From Tubulanus polymorphus (taxonomy: Eukaryota > Animalia > Nemertea), in contig NC_134027.1 in assembly GCF_964204645.1 (NCBI RefSeq), positions 3,628,485-3,692,484 of the forward strand: a stretch of 64,000 nucleotides of DNA, read 5' to 3'. The notes under the pieces are model-generated. The model had not been told where the DNA came from and ran no database searches. It saw only the letters and a program-made list of their open reading frames with translations. This document shows positions 1 to 12,615 of the stretch, one piece after another. The translations under genes and the position numbers were made by a program. Positions within the stretch are counted from its first letter, which is position 1. Every line of letters begins with the position of its first letter.

Positions 1-1760
1 CAAACAGTAACTTTAATCGGTTAGGTACGAGAATTCATACTCGATGAAATATCATTTCATTTCTCAAGCTACGCTATCTCAATACAATATATAGCCAAAG
101 TGGGCAATCGAATTCAACCTCGGAGAATCGGTCTCCGTTTTATTACTTATAAATGAAAACGAAAAACTTCCATGACTTTACCTCGGATTATGCATGTAGA
201 TATCAGCTGATACTATTCCTACCAATAACCAAATAAAATTCCACATTTTAACGTCTATTTCTCGAGATCTAATGAATTAATGAGATACACAATATGAACC
301 AGGAAGTAAACATTGCTAATTGCCTAATCACACCGGTGTTTCCAGTTCATACGCGTATTACGCCCACAATATAGGACCCGTTTCATTTTCGAATGACACA
401 AGTTTTGCAATCATACGATTAATCAAAAACACATGTTATGAGAACATACTACAAATGGTTATTTGTTTCATTCGGTTGTTAACATTTTAACGATATACAA
501 ATATAAAATCTAGGCTTATTAAAAAGTGACTAATGTTCTTAAATTAGAAATAGCTATTGATATTACTGACGTCATATGAAGCGCAAACTTCGATGCGGTA
601 AGTTAAATTTTTTTCATATTGCAATAATTTTAAACTTTAACAGGGATTAGAAACTAAATAATTCAGTTGGAGTTTAACCAGCAGCAGAATTGTATCTATA
701 GTAAGGGCAGATTCGTGTTGAAATGATTGTTAATGCGAGATAGACGCGTAGAGCCGTGTTTGTTTACTTTGCGGGGACTATTCTGTTTAACCCCTGGCTA
801 GTTCCTAGTTCGCACCATTTTGTAACGCGATGAAACTTTGTCTGCAACATCAATTCTTTAGACCCAAACGTATATTTTAATGCATTCTATAGACCCCTAC
901 GCATATGTTTATGAAATTGATAATTAAACTGCTGGCCTAGAAAATCGTTTTGATCTACCCGTATATAATATGATTATAACTATACGGATATAGCTATAAT
1001 GAAAGTTGCTATTTTTCTATCGAGAATTGATTGTCGGTTTTAATAGTAAATACATATTTTCTGTTTTCACACGTATTTGCCACTTTTTAAGAAAACTTCG
1101 GCAGAATACCAGACGATCTTACAGATGAGATCGGCCTAACGTCCTGTTCCAGGAAACACGGCTAGCTTCTAGACGAACATTAGTCGGGTATATTATTCAT
1201 ACTTGTCATTCGAAAATTAGTCACGTTTCCCTTTTGAATTAGAACGCGGAAATGTAGACAATGTACACAACCATATACGGTCCGGATATAAAATTGTGAT
1301 ATAAATAACCGTTTGTTTGGAACGAGGAAGATTTGTTTTTTGAACGTCATGTTCAATGGCACTCGAATATATAAGCCTTATATGGATTGGTACGTCAATG
1401 ACGCATGCACTGTCATGCGGTATCCTCGCGCGGACAATATTAATAATTAAGCAGTTACAAACGTAATTAGTAACTAATGCCTATAACTATACTGATTTAG
1501 AATTGTATTGAGTACAACACGACTGGTGCCCGATCAGGACCGATGACCACTTTATCTCTTGTCTACCTACAATCATCTCTCGGTCGGCGATTAGATAAAA
1601 CCTGACAAACTATTTGAATCGCACGTTTAATGACCCGGTATCTTACTTAACGGTAGATAATGGAGAACATGAATTTTATCTCAATACAAAGTATTAAATA
1701 ATACCGTTTCAAGTATATATAATTGACTTGATGTTCTTCCTTAGTTTCAGATTTTTCACA

Positions 1761-4700
1761 ATGAATAGAATCATCCAAATCGTGTTGTTTCTGATACCCC
1801 TGTGTTCAGGTGATATATACTTACACAATCCTCGGGGATCAAACAATCGCTTGAACGAAAGATCTGCGAACAGGAGAAATGCCAACAGAGTATTTGATTC
1901 GCAGGTATAGAATCAGCATCAAGATTTCTACTTAAAACGTTTTCGATGAAAACTCTTGCAATTAAAAAACATTTCATTTTTATATCTGTGTTCGTAGAAC
2001 AACAATCGCGGTGGCTACAACGCGGGTGACAAATCTGATACACCAGCTACCACAGAGGCCGAACAGTATTATATGGTATGATAGAGGGAACGTTGTTAGG
2101 GCAATCGATATTTTTCTTTATTTTCATAAGATACGTTGAATTTGATAGATTTTGTAATTTCCTTTAGAAATATTTTCAAAGTGGATCTGCTGGGAAAACT
2201 TTGCTGAATATTGAATGGACTAATCAGCACGGTTGCGGTGGTAATGAAGACACAGATCCCCATAAACAAAACTGCAACATCATTTTACAATACATGTGTC
2301 AATCAGATGCAGGTATTGAAAGTTTATTTCGAAATAAAAGTGTTCGTCGTATGCCTCATAAATATCTGACTTATTCATGATTTCATTATAATCAGGTAAG
2401 TTGGATACATTGAGAAACGGACAAGTGACCACTTCACAAGAGTATACTCCGCCCCCGAAAACTGAGACCATGAAACAACGATCTGCTAGGAAGGAAAAGG
2501 ACGTCGAGACCAATCGAGTCATTCAAGAATCATGGGATTGGTATGATAAATGCTACTCTAGAGAACGCAATAAAGGTGAATAGAAATCGGAAACATTGAA
2601 GGGAATCCAATACAAATACGGTGTATTACGCAAAGTCATCGTAGTCATTTGTTTTTAGGTTTATTCGTTGCCGATCAGATCTTGGCCTCTAGAAGAGGCT
2701 ACAGTCGTGCCATTTCCACCAGGCAAAACCCGAATGGTAACCGTCGCGGTTATGAGTGCCCAGAAGAAAGGGATCATTACCCATATTGGCATCCAACTCC
2801 GTGGAAGGATATAGCTGTTTTAGCGGAGAATGCTTCTATGTGTAGGTACGTCAAAGTATATGGTACACGGACACGATGTGTCATTCATGAATAACTTCTA
2901 CCACACTGTTGATAAGAATGCCCTGATTTTACTTTTTTTTGCGTATAAATTGGCTCTTTCACCTTATTCATTTATATCGATATAGCCATTACCAAAGCAA
3001 TAGTTTCAACGTGAAACCATACGGCGAGTGCGTTGAATTCTACCCAGGTACAAACACCTGGAAAAGAGGAAGTCGCTGGAACAACTTTGCCGAATGTAAA
3101 GTCAATGGAGGAACATGGGTTGATTTTTACAATTACTTAGAAAAGAAACCAGGCGAGTTTGAAAAAGAATATCGCACTCTTTCTGTTTTGTAAAAAAGAA
3201 AAATGAACTGTAACTGGCAACGCTTTCTGTTTTCAGGTGTTAAGAATAAACAGACTTGCGAATCATTAAGCGCGGGTAAAGTAAAGTACATCTGGAAAGT
3301 CCCGTACGATGCAGTTGATCCGATGCAAGAAGAATGTTTAGTAGAGCTAAACCCTCCATCTTGTTCTGGCGCTGGTTGGACCAGGTACGTATAGACATGT
3401 ATATTAGATATTAATGACAAAACGATTTAAACGAATGAAACTATGAAAATGTTCACTAATATACAGATCAAATCATCTTGGTAACGGACGAGAAGGATAT
3501 CCATTAAACTACACATGGGCTCTTCCCTATTTCCCTTCTAACGCAGCGAAACAGTGCGTTTTAAGAATAAGGTAAGTCACTCATATTTTTTTATCGATAT
3601 CGAATTTAACTGAATATAGATAACCGTTTGATAACGTATCTACAGTGAATGCTTATTTTTACGTTCCAGATACAATATTTCTACAGATGATTATGACCCG
3701 TATTTTACTGATTCATCTTACAATTACGACCGGTAGGGGCTACGCATCAATATTTCTATCCATATCTGGTCAGGTGTATGAATTTAAAATATGATAAAAA
3801 TAAAAAAAACTTTTCAGACGTAAAGGGGTAATGTCACCAGTGAAGCAGAACCCATTGGTCGAAGTTGAAAGAGACCACAGTCTACTTAAACTTGCTATAA
3901 ACACGGCGCAGTTTGGACGGACGTTTCAAGACCGAAGCCACGTGTTTGTGTTGAGACCACGGACAGGAAATGGAATTTCCGACCAGCAAACAATTCACAA
4001 CCTTAACGTGAGAGGAAAACGTGGTAATATCGTACAGGTTTATCCCGCTGTTGAATACGACTTTCATCCTAACACATTGGAAATGGAAGGAAATGACGCA
4101 GTACATATTCAGTGGACAGGTAAGTCTTCACATTGGATTTGATTTGAATGAGTAATTCCTTTATTTACAAAGTATGTCTGTACTTTGAGCACACTTTATT
4201 CAATATTTAAATATTAATTTTGTAAAAAAAATTTTACAAAATCACATAATTTTGTAAAATCAAATCATATCGTATGATTGAATGTGTATCATATCTAGGT
4301 TCTAACTCACACAACAACCAGCAGCCTGCTGGGGATGGTCAGGCGGGAGATGCGGGAGAAGGCAAAACAGGTAAATCATTCGATTTCCACTCTCAGGAAT
4401 TTCCTTCGAAAATGCTCCTTCGCTACATCGTGTTGTTTTCGTCTGCTGTTTTATAGGAACTGATCGTAACAACATAGTTCAGATTCGGGATCTCAACGAT
4501 AACTACCCTCTTCCAATTGAAGCGAACACTATGTGGGAAGCTGCTGAAATCGTCTGGATTTACCACGGGAAAAAGGTTTCTGCGCAGAGTCTAGCGCTAT
4601 CGATGGCAACGTCCGGATTTTATCGCTGTATGAAGAAGGCCGACTGCGGTAAAGGATTCACTCCGGACACAAAAACTGAAAAACTAAACAATCTCTTGAA

Positions 4701-4824
4701 TAACGCGCCTGCTTCGTTCGAAGGAGCCATTCTCAAGTTAAAGAAAGGAAAATATCACTTCATGTGCTCGAGAAATAATAACTTCACCAATAGAAGCCAA
4801 AAAGGAACGATTATTGTTTTATAA
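1761..4824 (+). CDS. Protein DD3-3-like secreted protein, 12 coding exons, 652 aa
   Basis: Exons 1761-1904, 1998-2075, 2168-2312, 2396-2575, 2659-2845, 2986-3152, 3237-3384, 3467-3571, 3670-3732, 3818-4119, 4299-4370 and 4457-4824 join in phase (1959 nt). A signal peptide ([17 protein letters not shown]) precedes DD3-3 family motifs [76 protein letters not shown] and [15 protein letters not shown]. The acceptor AG at 1749-1750 implies an upstream UTR exon. Confidence 0.93.
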
Positions 4825-5547
4825 TAGTTAATGCCGTGTTATGTATCCCATCCCAATGGTGTCTAATACTGTATGCTGAAATACTTCACTAGTCCCTATA
4901 ATCATTTCGAGGTAATAGGCGTATCGTATGTTTTCAAATGTAATTAGAAGCAGATTTTTTATTTTAGATAGTACATACTATGAATTTACTTAGCATAATC
5001 GAAAAAAGAAACAAAGATACAACGATACGGATTCATCGATCCTCTAAACATACATCTTACTGGTATATGATGCAGTTAGTAAAACTGTAGGCCTACTTGC
5101 TACAAGATATTGGATTATTCTGTATAGGGATAACTCGAAATACATTGGTATTGCGATCATGTTCTGTTCATAAACGCATTATTAATGGGCGCACCTGTTT
5201 GTGAATAACCTAACCATATCTTGTTCATAGTTCGTACATACGATAATTCTTATCTGTGATATATACGTATTCTCGCATATACTCATATTTTCATAGTTTG
5301 TAAATATATTTGCCGATTGTAAATAATGGATCAATACAAATTGTATTCCTCTGGAAGTGACGTAAGTGACTTGGATGCCAGTTGTCCTTTGTCCTAAGAA
5401 GAAAGCTGTTCGTTTAAGAAGTCACGTTGAAGATATTTCGAATGGGTTCAGATCTGACAAAGTGAAATCCACGTTTTCGTATTCTACTCGACCGGTCCTC
5501 CCATGGGAGGCAAAAATCATAGTCTGACATATGGAAATCATTCGTGT

Positions 5548-5556
5548 TTTAATAAA
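5548..5556. terminator. Overlapping polyadenylation signals (AATAAA on +, ATTAAA on -) between convergent genes
   Basis: TTTAATAAA lies between the DD3-3 stop (4824) and the DM9 stop (5920). A second + strand AATAAA is at 5848-5853. Confidence 0.35.
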
Positions 5557-5919
5557 GACTATCAGTAGACCACCCGCATTGATTAAACGTAGAAAATCCT
5601 ACAATAAGTCCAGAAAAAAGACGGACAATTCTGTAGTATATAAGTGAATATATTATTGAGCGAGGTTTTAGTAATATTCTAATAATAATCGTCAGGCATT
5701 AATTGGTACAATCTTTTCAGTATCTCTACTAAGTCTGCGTCGACATGATTAAATGTAAATTGTATAATCTTTGAAAGACTGATTTATCAAGCATTGACTA
5801 TATTTTCATAACGATATAATACAATCGTTTTCTATAATATCAATTGAATAAAGATTTGTTATATTATCAACTAGTCGTGTTGTATCTATCGTGTTTATCG
5901 ATTCTGGCGTTGCTGTGAT

Positions 5920-7500
5920 TTACTTTTTCCAGACGACATACGAGTAATCATCAGCGCAGTGTTCAGCGCCACCATGCGAGTAATAGGCACACGTGCTCGC
6001 TGCGTTCGTCTTTCCAGGGATCGTACCGTGAGGCGTGTTAGCAATCACGTGGTAACATACCCCTCCGCCCTGAGTTTGGAAACCTGTTGCCAAGGCTCGC
6101 TTTGGTGCACTTCCTGCCGGCTGGAAAATACAACAGTACTTGTAGTACCACACAAAAAGATCCATTGGCGCGAATTATTATGGAGGGGGTTCTGTAGCCT
6201 TTCCCCGAGAACATTTTTAAATTCAAATTCTGGAGGTTATAAGAGCTCATATTTGAGTAATTTTTTAGTAGATATATGGCCCAAAGTTTTGGGCTATGGA
6301 CAATTCCAGAAGTGTTGACACCACTTCTTAATAAAACAGAGCCGACTTAATGAGCACAATAATTATAAGATTATTGAATAATCTTATAGCTAATTTAGCT
6401 CATTGTTTTTCATTCAGAGGAATTTCTCTTGATCGAAAAAATGCAGCATGAACTTGTGATGGAATAAAACCGTCCACAGAGTTAAAGGCCCACTTGTAGT
6501 ATAAAATGGTTGAATGTGGCACTAAACCAAAGTGCTTTATACAACCGCATTTGTGCCTGCGAATAAGATACTGCCTGATGCACCACTGTCATTGCTTCCC
6601 CTTCATACACAGAATAACGTTTATTATGAGGTTTCAACATGATGTATTTTCAATTATTGGTGCGACATATGTCGCAGTTGTCTAACCAGTGGCTGCGCCC
6701 CTGGTATATATTGAGCAGTATACAAATTCCATTTTAATGGGCAATTATTTTATCTCCAGAATTAGCTGATGAGTGGCTCTTTACGTATTAACATTAGTCA
6801 TGTGGGGCTCGGTGTTATCTGAGTAAACTGGATTATATTTATTTTAACCACTAAAAATCAAACATTTGCAGTATTCTTGTTCAATCATACTGCACTTGAC
6901 ATTTGGGATATATCAACGAAGACAGTCTAAATACCAATGTGAATCAATACATCTTATCATGTCGGAATTTGAACTTCGAGTACAGGCCGGGAAGTTGAGA
7001 TAGACATTTAATTCAATTATTTCTCTGTCATAACATGCATACGTAGGTCTATACGCTGAAAGTTTAGTAATTCATTAATAAAATCATGTAATTACAAATA
7101 ATAAGAATATTTTTTCCTAGTGGTCCAAATGATCCTTGAATAATCTTGATGATTAACCCCCGCAGGATATGATATCAGTTTTTATGATTACGTCGCATCA
7201 GAATAAGTTAAAAGACATAATTTTGGTGTATCTACTACTTACATGAAGTCCAACCTCCGAACTTGCACAAACCCAGTAGAAATCAGATGTCGATTGTTCC
7301 TCGCCGCCATACGGGTAGTAGCATACTCCTTCGAAAACCTTACCCGGAATTCGTCCTAATTCGGGGCTATCAGCTACGCCGAGGTACAGCGGACCAGCAT
7401 CATTCTGATGAGCCAAACAAACCGCATTATCTGGCATACTACCCTCGTTCTTTTCCAGATAGACAGATGGGACACCTGGAACCAAACTCTCAGTCGTCAT
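5920..7500 (-). CDS. Tandem DM9-repeat (DUF3421) lectin-like protein, 2 exons, 152 aa
   Basis: Exon 1 (7500-7243, donor GTAAGT, phase 0) joins exon 2 (6120-5920, acceptor TGTATTTTCCAG, phase 0). Each exon carries one DM9-like repeat (LGRIPGKV..CYYPYGGEE..FYWV and HGTIPGKT..AYYSHGGAE..YSYV). No signal peptide. Confidence 0.85.
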
Positions 7501-7562
7501 CTTTCAACCTTGGCAGTCGTTACTCGGAAGGCACAGTGGACTTTATCGTTGTGACTCGTGTG

Positions 7563-7570
7563 TTTATATA
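7563..7570 (-). promoter_or_regulatory. TATA box of the DM9 gene
   Basis: TATATAAA on the - strand, about 63 nt upstream of the ATG at 7500. Confidence 0.55.
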
Positions 7571-9435
7571 GGATCTCTAATAGCGCGATCTGTTGGAAAT
7601 ATCTATAACTATGCATGTGCTACAGTTCTGTACTGTTCTGTTCTCTTCTATTGCTGCAAGCGTATAAGCTTTGCCCTGGTTATGTAAAAACACGTTAACG
7701 GATACGTCTAGACGCTGGTTGCCTTTATATCGATATTTTTATTGTCTGAGAAGACAGATTCTCCGGTTATTGGCCAGACGTGTTTCATGTAACCGATTAC
7801 CGACATTAATTTATACCGGGTATAAAATCTGTATTTGCTCGGAATGTGAAGAGAAATTGACTGATAAGATAAATATGTACAATAGGTAGAGAACTTGATC
7901 AGTCTGGCTGGTGAGTGACTTGCTGTCTTGCGGGAGATTTGAATACACGGTTTTGCAGCTTTTCTCGTCGAGATGGCGGGTGAGGTCTTTTTGCAACGAA
8001 CTCGCGGATTGTTGGTCGTTTCGTGTCTTACCTAATGAAATCTCATTAACGTCACAGAGGTTGATGCTCCGGGGATGAGCAAACAATTTATCAAAACTAC
8101 TTTCAGATTAAAGAAGAAAACTGTGTATCTTGAAAGTTAATTGACACTTGCACTTAACCGCGCTCTATATATATAATACGAATCATTTTGAAACATCAAT
8201 ATTGATGACGTAGTGCACTATTGTAACGATTTCTACGGCGTCAAAATCCATGTTTTTGTACTAAAATAACGGCGAAAAAAAATAAACAGCGTTCTTTTAT
8301 GATCATGACGCAAAGATACGTCGAAGATTTTTGTTCGATGAATAAGTCAGATGAATAAGTTTGATGAATAACCAACCTTGTCCTCGAATACAAATAGATA
8401 TTGACGCTTGGAATTGTATCAGTAATTATATAGCAAAAGTCGGTTGTCTTTTTATGATATTAGAAAATCACTGTCACCGCAACATTTACTCTAACTCCAC
8501 CCGAGTTTGCAAAAGTGGTTTAGGTAATGTTTCAATATCAGTAATAACACACGTTGAAAAAGTGATTCATTTTAGTTAAATGTACGGACGACGATGAAGT
8601 GATTTACGTTTGAAAATAGATTGCAGAGACTTTTCCATGAATCGAAGTTCATCAAATATAACGAAGGAGTGGCCCATCAACCCACGCAGAATCATTAGGA
8701 AATCCTATTCACAATATCAGGCTTCAACGCGTGAACTGTTTTAGTTAATGTCAATGATAGATAGTACGTGGAGTCTAGTCGAAACAAACTCCGGGTTTCG
8801 TGTCTAGAAGTCGAATTAGATACAGACACAGCGCTTTTTTTAAGAAATATGATATCAATGATTTAAACATGTGAAGTTTAGATAAAATAATTTTATTTCC
8901 AGAAAATAAGTACATATCTTCTGCATGAATAGTTTACAATTCATTCGTTTGACTATTCCGATTAAGAAAGTGTTGTTTATCTAGTGACAGTTCGTATAGG
9001 ATGGTATAAATGATAATTTTAAACAATGAAAGGTATATGCAAGACCGGAAAGCATAAACAAGTGTTTCACAAGTGTCAGGGTGGATAAAACCACAAAATA
9101 ACGCACATAAGAAGTAAATAAATGTCCAATGAAATCCTGTCAGGATTTTACAGCGCAACTCATATTTTCCGATTCACATTCTGTGATCAGATCTAGTATA
9201 AACTCGCATTCTAATTAACAAGAAGGTCGAAGCAAAAGTTTAACACTGATCTAATAGATTACTGCGTAAAGGCTCATTAGCCCCCGCTCGTAATACAGAA
9301 ACAACATCGCGTCGAGTGGATTCTATTCGAAAAACACGTCTGTAGAAGCGACACGGCAATGAGAGTATCGAGTATCCATTTTAGCTTCCTTTAAGCTCCA
9401 AAATACACTCCATATTTAGAAAAATATAGACTAGA

Positions 9436-12400
9436 TCATTCATCACTGATCTGAGTCTGGGTAGAGTTTTTCGGTGAATAAATCTTGTATCCTTTGTATT
9501 TGAGATCATTTATTAATCCATAAAGTTCAACCAGGAACTGCGATCTAATCGATTCATCTGAAATGAAAAAAAGGCAATTTTCATAAACATAAAAAAACAA
9601 GTTTCAAATCAATCTATGTGGATAATCACTATAATGTACGTACCGACGTATTTCGTTATGAGCGGCCGAATACTTTCAACAATAAAAGCATCAACATATT
9701 CTTCTCCACGCGCTACTTGTATTTTCCCTTCTTTCTTTAAGGATAACAGCAGAACCTTTTCAGTTTCATTCATGGGCTGAAAATATACGTGTAATCATAA
9801 TGATAATAGTCAACATATTCAATCGGGTCGTTTTTCGATTTATTTCGTTTATATCTTACCGTTCGTACGATATGTCTAGGAGTGTTCCATGAACTGTGTA
9901 TATCTAAAAAACGAAACGCTTACATTCAGTATTGAATCGTACAATGAAACGATAATGAGAATATTGGCACTCAATATTCGATCGACTAAAAGTGACCTTT
10001 TTGTTTCAATGAATTCCGAAGTTTCTCTATTAATGAAGGGGCAGTAGTTGTGGCTTGCTTTCTGGTCGAGACAGTTCTCAACAAAAATGAAACGCTATTC
10101 GGCTGTTTCTTGATAGATGGACTTGACACGAGGTAGTTAGCAATACCATTTTCGAGATCGGCACTCCCAAGATGATGAACATTATGTCTCTGAAATAGTG
10201 AATAAGACCGTGTAATGATGATATTAATGGATTAAAAGTGTAAAGGAGCATTTATCAATGAATCAAGCAATGATTTCTATCAGGTCACGATCAAATCTTA
10301 TCATTCGAGAAATCTCCTTGAATATTTTCAACACTTTTTGAATTCTTTTCTTTATAACCCACTCCTAGGATAGCTTAAGAATAATCTTAAAATCTTCGAA
10401 AGTCCAAAAGCAGTTTTCTAGAACAGCGGTGCGTTAACAGCTTCGAAATGACTTTGATGAGGATTGCAGAAGGCTTCTGTAGACTATCATTATCAAATTC
10501 CACAAACATTTGAAATAATTTCAAGTGCAGTAATTTCAGATGATTGAGCCAAATTTAGAAATATTCATATTCATATCTATGACGATTAATTTCATTTGTA
10601 ATCTGAAGTACATAACGCTTGCCGATAAAGCCTGGACAATTAACGTTGTCCTGAACTTTAACACCGCACAAAGGAGCAATTCAATGGAAGATTCTAACAC
10701 TGTAGCCTGATTTTTGGGCGCACTTTTATCTTTATTTTTGTAGACATTCATTTCTCGCAAAAAGTGCTTATCACGCATTCACACGAGTTGTAGAGGCATT
10801 TTGAGAAACGCTTTTTTAATAAACACTGCTCTTTGATCGCTTTTATTATCCACACGTACCGATTGAGAAATGAGTTCATTCGGCAATCTTGCAGGAATAC
10901 GATCTGTAAATTAAAGAAGACGCCGACAAATATAGAATTATGAAATCATTTCATGGGTTTCGAAGTTGCTTAGAACATCTTAGAATGTCATTCGTCGCGA
11001 CAGCACAAAACTTATGGATGTTTAAGGAAGGTTTAGATAAATATTTCATTGCCCACAAAAAGATTTGCATTAACAAACAATTCGCATACGTAAATGTACG
11101 ATACCGATGTACAGTTAATAAATGTTGCGAAGTAACGATTTAACAAACAATTCGCATTAGTAAATGTACGATACCGATGTACAGTTAATAAATGTTGCGA
11201 AGTAACGATTTAACGGAGATTTAACAGCATGTAAAATTACAAATTGCTGGTTTTTAGCCAGCTATGGGTGGTTCATATTCAGGTATGTATAGGCTATTTC
11301 CTGATGTTCATTTATCAAACATACCCGACATCGTATTTGGATATCCGTCGTGAATTCTATTAGAAACTGCCCAATCATCCAACATATTATTTAGTATGTT
11401 ATGGTGTCTTCCCTCACGTACACGTATTCTGTGGTGTTGACGATGATGCCGGCGGTGACGATGGAAATGGCGACTGCAATTATATCACAAAGATAAACTT
11501 TTACCATAAATAGTTTCTTATTCCTGAATAAATTAGTAGAATTGGTGTCATTATTTGTGTGCTAGGAAAATTTTTTATTCTTTGAAATTGAAATTTAGTT
11601 CAAGACGTTTAGTCAACTTTTTGGAAAATGTCACCATTTTTTCATGTCGAATCGGGTATGCACAATTTGCTAATACCGCGAAAATACCGAGAGATTAAAT
11701 TTGGCATTGTATTCAATAACCTTACGACTGGATTTAGAATTTATCACTATTACAGGTCAAATTCTATTGAGTTTTTCTTGGAAACACGGCCAAAATTGTC
11801 ACAGTGGAGTCATTAAAACAGTGAAGAACTTCATTATCAATGTCCATTATTATAGAAATGTAAAGTTCGTTAAAATACAGTGGTAATTAGCAAGGAATTG
11901 ATCAAAATCGACCAAAAAGGTATTACAGAAAACTTTCAACCATAAATACCAAAAGGAAAGCGGATAATAGAGCTCTGGGTGACGGATGTCCCTTATGTGG
12001 TATAGACGATGTAAGTTCACCAACAGGCTCCTCTCCCACTGACAAACCCATGAACACGACCGCTGGGATTCGGATCGTCATCAACGAATGACTTCATCGA
12101 ACTGACACGCCGGTCCCAAAGGGATTTATGTTGCCTCCGTAACCCGTTATGATATCATTTTCGTAAAGGGATTGAAAATATTATGTTCACATCCGCATCA
12201 GTTTTCCAGTAAATGGTAATCTTCAAAAGGTTAAGTTCAACATGAAATGCGTGGGAGTATTTTCCAATCGAAGGCTAGCAAAATAACAACATATTCCGTG
12301 AAACAATAAAGAGACAGCACAAGCAAAGGTCTCGGGGAATCGACCTATAATACACCCGATTAACTGGATAACGAGCGTCCAATAAAGCTTCCTTACATGA

Positions 12401-12615
12401 AGATCGCCAAATCACGATAGAGAGATACATCGTGTAATATGAATATATCATCAAAAGATTCCCACGTTCTTATTTGAGTTCGTGGTATATAGTATAATAG
12501 TTTCGGGGGGAGGGGGGGGGATTTTCTTTAAAGATACTTACATTTCATTAGGAATGAACCAACAGCAGATCGGGTATACACATGTTAACATCACTATAAA
12601 CAGGACTGCACGCAT
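9436..12615 (-). CDS. Orphan secreted protein with His/Arg-rich N-terminus, 7 coding exons, 252 aa (not in ORF track)
   Basis: Exons 12615-12542, 11473-11325, 10903-10860, 10189-9997, 9903-9860, 9776-9644 and 9557-9436 are all GT-AG with matching phases (2,1,0,1,0,1), giving 759 nt with no internal stop. Protein: MRAVLFIVMLTCVYPICCWFIPNEIRHFHRHRRHHRQHHRIRVREGRHHNILNNMLDDW...QFLVELYGLINDLKYKGYKIYSPKNSTQTQISDE*. An acceptor lies 4 nt before the ATG. Confidence 0.75.
11071..11214. repeat. Tandem duplication, 70-bp unit x2 (intronic)
   Basis: TAACAAACAATTCGCAT...GAAGTAACGATT at 11071-11140 and 11141-11210, differing at 2 nt. Confidence 0.95.

Noticed and set aside
8934-9158. Hydrophobic 74-aa ORF (similarly 12946-13206)
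   Set aside because: No supporting splice structure or motif. Hydrophobicity is expected from AT-rich non-coding DNA, and the 9158 start is TTG.
10290-10859. ORF 10536-10778 and neighbouring coding-looking frames
   Set aside because: They lie in an intron of the orphan gene behind a good donor at 10859, and all frames are interrupted by stops.
11071-11214. Repeats considered as a CRISPR-like array (also 42177-42341 and 45567-45669)
   Set aside because: Two-copy tandem duplications without unique spacers, no cas genes, and a eukaryotic context.
11950-12460. Exon-like segments in intron 1 of the orphan gene
   Set aside because: I found no phase-2/phase-2 stop-free exon between plausible splice sites.
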